NCBI GenBank assembly: GCA_949295085.1
Contig: CASFJS010000004.1
Span: 13,372-77,371 of the forward strand
DNA length: 64,000 nucleotides
Reading direction: 5' to 3'
Source of the DNA: an uncultured Pseudomonadota bacterium
Lineage (GTDB): Bacteria > Pseudomonadota > Alphaproteobacteria > RF32 > CAG-239
Of the stretch, positions 59,236 to 64,000 are shown one piece after another. A program made the position numbers and the translations under genes. Positions within the stretch are counted from its first letter, which is position 1; each line of letters starts with the position of its first letter. Below the pieces are notes generated by a model. That model was not told where the DNA came from, did no database searches, and saw only the letters and a list, made by a program, of their open reading frames with translations.

Positions 59236-59874
59236 TCATTTTACTGCTCTTAATCCAAGATTTATCCACCCGTGGTCATACCCGCGGCATTCGGAAGATT
59301 TCATACGCCCAATATTTGTAAAACCGCTTTCTTTTAAGCATTCTGTTAAATATCTTTCGGAAAAGGCGGCCTGATGAGAATTCCAATGCCCTTTGATTCT
59401 ATTGCCGTCACCATAGGTAAAAATTCTTCCACAAAACCATTTACAAACATCGTGCTCATCATTAAATTTCCACCAACCGTCATTATAAAAGTCCTTGCCT
59501 TGATATAATTCTCCATCGACAAAGGCTTTGGCTATTTTTAATCCATCAGGCACCCACAACTCCAACACGCCGTCTTTTTTCAAAATTCTGTATATCTCTT
59601 TAAGTACAAATTTGGTTTTATACCATTCAATGTGTTCCAGAAAATGGCTACTGTAAATCAAATCAAAACTGTTGTCTGCCAATGGTATGCCGTTAGCGGC
59701 ATCGGCAATATAATCCGTTGCCTTATTTTTGACTATGTTTAGCCCCTCAAAGCCCGGAATTCTTTTCTTTCCGGGACCGATTTCCAAATAGCGGACACTT
59801 TTGCGCCTGTTGGCCAGCCGTATGAAAGGCTCAACTCCAAATTTGTATAAAATTGTTTTTAGAAATATTGTCAT
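59236..59874 (-). CDS. Class I SAM-dependent methyltransferase
   Basis: LEIGPG... motif I and DLIYSSHFLEH post-I/II motifs. 212 aa. Confidence 0.6.
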   Translation of the reverse strand: MTIFLKTILYKFGVEPFIRLANRRKSVRYLEIGPGKKRIPGFEGLNIVKNKATDYIADAANGIPLADNSFDLIYSSHFLEHIEWYKTKFVLKEIYRILKKDGVLELWVPDGLKIAKAFVDGELYQGKDFYNDGWWKFNDEHDVCKWFCGRIFTYGDGNRIKGHWNSHQAAFSERYLTECLKESGFTNIGRMKSSECRGYDHGWINLGLRAVK

Positions 59875-59875
59875 A

Positions 59876-60787
59876 TCACTTCCTTTCTTTTAATTTGCTA
59901 AAGCATGAAATTATTTGCTTTATTTTGAATTTGTAATATTTTTGGCGCAGCCGGAAATTGTGGTTGAATAAAGTTTGATATTGCCGGTATAAATCTTTTG
60001 AGTTCATCTCATTTTTGCCGATGAAGCGTTCTATTAAAAAATTTTGTAAATATTTATATTCAAAATCTGCAAGACCTGAGGATTTGGCACATTCCAATGA
60101 TTTTTTCAAAGCAGTTATTTTATCGTGCTGTCGTTTACTCAATTTGTCCTTATGATTGGTGGAAGACGATGCGTTACTACACCAATAAAAATAGCCGCTG
60201 TAATCAATAAAACAGTAAAGAGGTTTTAAACAAACCGTTTTGACGTTAAATAAAATATCCTGATAAAATATGCCGTCATAAAATAACATATCGTTTTGTT
60301 GCAAAAATTCTGTCCGCCATATTTTATTCCAAACATAACACTTCTTCATATTATCAAGAATACGGCAAAAATCGCTACTGACGAGAGGCTTTTCCCTGAT
60401 ATCCTTTTCTGTTGCGGTATCGCTGCATTTATAATAACCGCACTGAACAACATCTGCCCTATAAAGTTCCGCCGCCAGATACAACTGTTTATAAAAGTCA
60501 TTTTTGATATGGTCATCGGCATCGACAAAACCAATATATCTTCCGGCTGCTCTGGCAATACCAGTATTGCGCGCCAAAGACGAACCACCGTTCTTTTGAA
60601 TAATAACCTTGATTCGCTCATCCCGAATCGCATACTCGTTAAGAATCGCGGCACTGCCGTCGGTTGAACCGTCATCAACACAGATAATCTCAATATCTTT
60701 GAGGGTTTGATTAACAATACTGTCCAAACACCGCGGCAGATATTTTTCACTGTTGTAAATCGGAACAATAACACTAATTTTAGGCAT
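59876..60787 (-). CDS. Family 2 glycosyltransferase (paralog of 51969-53003)
   Basis: [42 protein letters not shown]...DADD, about 60% identical to the other GT2 over the N-terminal domain. Confidence 0.75.
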   Translation of the reverse strand: [303 protein letters not shown]

Positions 60788-60800
60788 ATCTTATTCCTTT

Positions 60801-61718
60801 TTATTTTCGTCTGAATTTAAATTCCCAACCCAGCAAACCGACAACCTTAAATTTTTGTCCGGCGATTTCGCGGTTGTGAATATTGAAAAAAGCATGAAAA
60901 AAGTTTTTAATCTTTTGGCTCTGTTGGTATCGGAGGCAAATGTCTTTGATATCTTTTTCAAAAGCCGTCAGCGGAACATACTTCCAAAACGCCTCACCAC
61001 CTAAGATATCAGGATTGTTCCAAGGTTTGTTGTTTCCACCGCCACAATAATGCAGAATACAAGCATTGGAATACTCAGGTATTTTTTTGGGAATAACACA
61101 ATAACAATTATCAAGCTGCTGATAACAATCTTGAAATATCCTATTCAATATATCCATATCCGGCAGCCGCAAAGCATTTTGTCCAGACAACAAAGCCGCG
61201 GTTAGTTTGATTTGTTGAGAAATATTTTGTAGATTCCACAGGCAGTTATTAATGAGTAAAAGTCCTGAATTAAAGTTTTTTGCAGGAATTAAACGCTCAT
61301 TATAGCAAGGAACCGCGCCGATTATTTTATCGCCTAAATCTTCATTATAAAGTTTTTTAATATCATCAACAAACGCGACATCAACATCCGAATAAATCGC
61401 CTTTTCGCAGTCCGGCAGAATATCCGGAATTAAAAACCTTGAATACATATCGCGGCTGATATGCTTAAGCCGCGGCAGGTCACCGAATTCTTTGTCGCAG
61501 TCCACCGGAATAAAGCGCACGCTGAAGTTGTCAAAATACTGCCGGGTGTCGCAGATTTTTTGCCGGTTCTTTTCGCTGATGCCGGAATCCAGCACATAAA
61601 AATCAACGTACTCTTGCGTGTTGGCAAGGATACTGGCCATTGTGGTGGCAACAAAGGGGGCAAACTTGTCATTGCTGGCCAAAAATACCGGAATATGAGA
61701 CTTATTTGGTGTATTCAT
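60801..61718 (-). CDS. Family 8 glycosyltransferase (LPS/LOS alpha-glycosyltransferase, RfaJ/LgtC-like)
   Basis: GT8 motifs (NDKFAPFVATTMASIL..., YSDVDVAFVDD, HYCGG...KPW). Confidence 0.7.
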   Translation of the reverse strand: MNTPNKSHIPVFLASNDKFAPFVATTMASILANTQEYVDFYVLDSGISEKNRQKICDTRQYFDNFSVRFIPVDCDKEFGDLPRLKHISRDMYSRFLIPDILPDCEKAIYSDVDVAFVDDIKKLYNEDLGDKIIGAVPCYNERLIPAKNFNSGLLLINNCLWNLQNISQQIKLTAALLSGQNALRLPDMDILNRIFQDCYQQLDNCYCVIPKKIPEYSNACILHYCGGGNNKPWNNPDILGGEAFWKYVPLTAFEKDIKDICLRYQQSQKIKNFFHAFFNIHNREIAGQKFKVVGLLGWEFKFRRK

Positions 61719-62505
61719 CTTTAAAAATTCCTTTCAATCCGACCGGATTAACCGAAATGATTTCGACATCGGGATAAAATTTTCCGGCAAATTTTTTAAA
61801 TTGCTTATAAGCGGCAATCACCTTTTTGACGGCCAAAGAGTTTTTTTCTTTTGCGTTATAAACATAACCGCCGGTGGTGCAGTCGCAGCCGACCAGATAA
61901 ATTCTTCGCGGATAGGTCCACAAAGCAAATTGCAACGCCGAAAAGGTGGTGCTGCCGAAATCACCGAGCGGGCAGCAGGATATATCATAGGCAAACTGCG
62001 GCTTAAACCCCAACATCCAGTCAGTCCGATAACGCAACGCGCCGGCTTTGATGGCGCAGGATTCGGGAACCGTCCACGGTTTTTCATAAACATTTTCGCG
62101 AATAAGACCATAAAACTTGGTGCATTTTTTCGGCTCATACGCGGCCACGTCGTCAATATATTCCGGCGTTTTGCCCGTATAATCCTGAATAAAAATATAA
62201 TCCAATTTGACCGGCGCCACGGCAAAACTGCGGTTGACGCCGATATGCACGGCGCCTTTGACGGGTTTGTAGTCTTTGGCGGTCGGGCCGGAAGCAAAAA
62301 TAACAATATCCTGCCCGATGTGCTTTTCCTTAAACGGTAAAAAAGTTTTTTGGTGCAGGGCAAAAGTGCTCAGGTTGTTTTGCGTCATCCGGTTCAAAAT
62401 ACGGGTAATGTTGCCGCCGTCCGGATTTTTGAGCTTAAATTTCAATCCCAGGAAATAAACGATTTTGTGGGTGTCAAGCCGCTGAATACCGAATAGTCTG
62501 CTCAT
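61702..62505 (-). CDS. Hypothetical glycan-cluster protein (possible MptE/DUF115-like transferase fold)
   Basis: Rossmann-like IVIFASGPTAKDY...LVGCD. N-terminal shared motif KIVYFLGLKFKLK. First gene of the minus-strand operon. Confidence 0.3.
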   Translation of the reverse strand: MSRLFGIQRLDTHKIVYFLGLKFKLKNPDGGNITRILNRMTQNNLSTFALHQKTFLPFKEKHIGQDIVIFASGPTAKDYKPVKGAVHIGVNRSFAVAPVKLDYIFIQDYTGKTPEYIDDVAAYEPKKCTKFYGLIRENVYEKPWTVPESCAIKAGALRYRTDWMLGFKPQFAYDISCCPLGDFGSTTFSALQFALWTYPRRIYLVGCDCTTGGYVYNAKEKNSLAVKKVIAAYKQFKKFAGKFYPDVEIISVNPVGLKGIFKDEYTK

Positions 62506-62811
62506 ATGATCGTCCTCATTTTGGTCAAAAACAAAAAAGCCACCTGATGAAGGTGACTGGAAGTTGGAAACTATTCATACGAAATAGTGCGACATATTAG
62601 CCAATACAGCCATATATCACTAGTATATATACGGACTATATGTTCATATAGCCTATTTTGTCGCCTTCCAGTCTTGTGAACCAGAAGGCTTGCAAAATTT
62701 ATCGTCTTTTCGACGCGTATGAATGAGGTTTCCACACCCCAGAACATTCATCAAATGTTCCGCCATCAAGTCTAAGGACTATTTTACCAAAAGTAAAGTT
62801 AAAAAAATTGC

Positions 62812-62843
62812 CCTATAAAAAAATCCCGACACCATATCGGGAT
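62812..62843 (-). terminator. Rho-independent terminator downstream of mlaC
   Basis: Minus strand: ATCCCGATATGGTGTCGGGAT followed by TTTTTTTT. Confidence 0.6.
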
Positions 62844-62866
62844 TTTTAATGAAAAAGCTGAAATTT

Positions 62867-63493
62867 TTATTTAGCCGCGACCGGTGTTTGTTGTGCCTTA
62901 AGCTTGGCCTGCAAATCGGCAATCAAGGCATCAACCCCGCCGGGGTTGTTTTTGATAAAGGCGGTGTATTCGCTGCGGGCCGACTGCGCCAGACTGACAC
63001 CTTCAATTACGATATCAACAATCTTGTAGCTGCCGTTTTTTTCGCGCACCCGCCACAACACCTGCGCCGGCGCGCCCTGATCCATCGGCACCTCGGAGTT
63101 CACAAAAACCTGCCCTTTGGAAGAAGACGGCGTCGTCCCCTTAAACACAAAGTTGCGCCCCTTAAACTCGTTAAAACGCTTTGACCATGTGGCAATATTC
63201 AAATCACGATAGACGGCAATAAACTCTTTGCGCTGCTGGGCATTAGCGGTGCGCCAGTTGCGCCCCAGCACAAACTGACCGATAAAATCCAAATCCAGCG
63301 CGTCATTCAACAATTTGTAAAAACGTTTGTCTTTTTCCGCCTGACTGATATTGGCATTGATAATCTGTTCAATACCGGTGGCGGTGGTGTCTTTGATGAA
63401 TTTTTCGGCCGCTTTGGCGTCAACTTCGGCTCTTGCCGCGCCGCTCATCAGCACAAAGGCAACGGTTAAAATGCTCAGCAGATATTTTTTCAT
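62867..63493 (-). CDS. mlaC: Phospholipid-binding periplasmic protein MlaC (Ttg2D)
   Basis: Signal peptide and the MlaC/toluene-tolerance family profile. 208 aa. Confidence 0.7.
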   Translation of the reverse strand: MKKYLLSILTVAFVLMSGAARAEVDAKAAEKFIKDTTATGIEQIINANISQAEKDKRFYKLLNDALDLDFIGQFVLGRNWRTANAQQRKEFIAVYRDLNIATWSKRFNEFKGRNFVFKGTTPSSSKGQVFVNSEVPMDQGAPAQVLWRVREKNGSYKIVDIVIEGVSLAQSARSEYTAFIKNNPGGVDALIADLQAKLKAQQTPVAAK

Positions 63494-63523
63494 GTTCGGA
63501 TTCTCCTTATCTCAGGGGTTAAA

Positions 63524-64000
63524 TTATTCTTCCATCTCCGCATCAAAATCAAAATCATACATCGGCGTTTCTTCTTCCGTGGCAAACCGACATTGCACCT
63601 GCCGCTGGTTTTGCAGATAGGCGGAACGAATGGCTGCATAAGGATCAACCGCGTTTTTCGTCAGGCCCAGATACAAGTCCATATAGCTCTCAAGCTTCGA
63701 TACATACTTGACCGCGGTGTACGGATACGAAATCTTGGCGCTGTAATTGGCGTCGTTATAGGTCATCCAATAAACCGGATCGGCGACAAAGTCTGCCATT
63801 GATCCGACAAAATTGCGCGGGTTTGACGGCCCAATAAACGGCACAACCAAATACGGCCCGTCGGCAATGCACCAGCTGGCCATTGTTTCGCCGAGCGAGG
63901 TTTGATCCTGCACCAGTCCCCAGCCGCCGGCAACGTCAAACAATCCGGCCAAACCCAGAGTCGAGTTAATGACAAACCGGCTTACGCTGATGGCAACCGC
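63524..64000 (-). CDS. mlaA: MlaA/VacJ family lipoprotein (N-terminus beyond window end)
   Basis: GPYLVVPFIGPSNPRN motif typical of MlaA. The reading frame continues to the window edge. Confidence 0.6.
   Translation of the reverse strand, partial: AVAISVSRFVINSTLGLAGLFDVAGGWGLVQDQTSLGETMASWCIADGPYLVVPFIGPSNPRNFVGSMADFVADPVYWMTYNDANYSAKISYPYTAVKYVSKLESYMDLYLGLTKNAVDPYAAIRSAYLQNQRQVQCRFATEEETPMYDFDFDAEMEE

Noticed and set aside
62506-62811. Possible tRNA, ncRNA or att site in the 360-bp spacer upstream of the glycan operon, to pair with the tRNA-like fragment at 58.1 kb.
   Set aside because: No cloverleaf or T-loop motif could be folded. Only a GCCTTC/GAAGGC hairpin and AT-rich promoter-like sequence are present, so nothing is called.

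Overview
This 64 kb window looks like chromosomal DNA from a Gram-negative bacterium of about 50% GC, probably an alphaproteobacterium. The supporting signs are a secB / Tim44-like pair, mltA-smr, DUF4167, an LpxI-type lpxA-lpxI-lpxB cluster, rpoH carrying an RpoH box, and a clpB promoter of alphaproteobacterial sigma-32 type. Most of the window is housekeeping: secB, mltA, dtd, tgt, rpe, gap, pgk, anmK, tyrS, eno, a type-2 ileS, clpB, prmC, rpoH, asnS, lpxA/I/B, comEC, thrS and mlaC/mlaA, plus a BatA-BatB-BatD aerotolerance-type operon. Two AT-rich accessory segments stand out.
(1) A roughly 5.9 kb island (27.4-33.4 kb) sits between eno and ileS and is bounded by inverted copies of the same ~50 bp hairpin-containing repeat. 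It encodes a YpsA/DUF1273 SLOG protein, an S66 LD-carboxypeptidase (MccF-like), a standalone AlaRS-like class II aminoacyl-tRNA-synthetase catalytic-domain paralog, a HIT hydrolase, a P-loop kinase and a radical SAM/SPASM enzyme with an N-terminal RRE-like extension, plus a possible 17-aa precursor ORF. I read this as a candidate, apparently undescribed, aminoacyl-nucleotide / peptidyl-nucleotide (microcin C-like 'Trojan horse') biosynthesis and/or immunity module.
(2) A glycan (LPS/LOS-type) glycosyltransferase region (51.9-62.5 kb) carries a 10-C homopolymeric tract inside a GT2 gene (a likely phase-variation switch), paralogous GT2 genes, three unrelated proteins sharing one N-terminal ~20-aa motif, and a tRNA 3'-end-like fragment at one edge.
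Other observations: a Q/N-rich tandem repeat inside batB, a poly-G(9) tract in a DUF4167 gene, two orphan terminator/sRNA candidates, an RpoH-type promoter at clpB, and a Fur-box-like element upstream of a Dps-like gene. No CRISPR array, integrase or transposase was seen.
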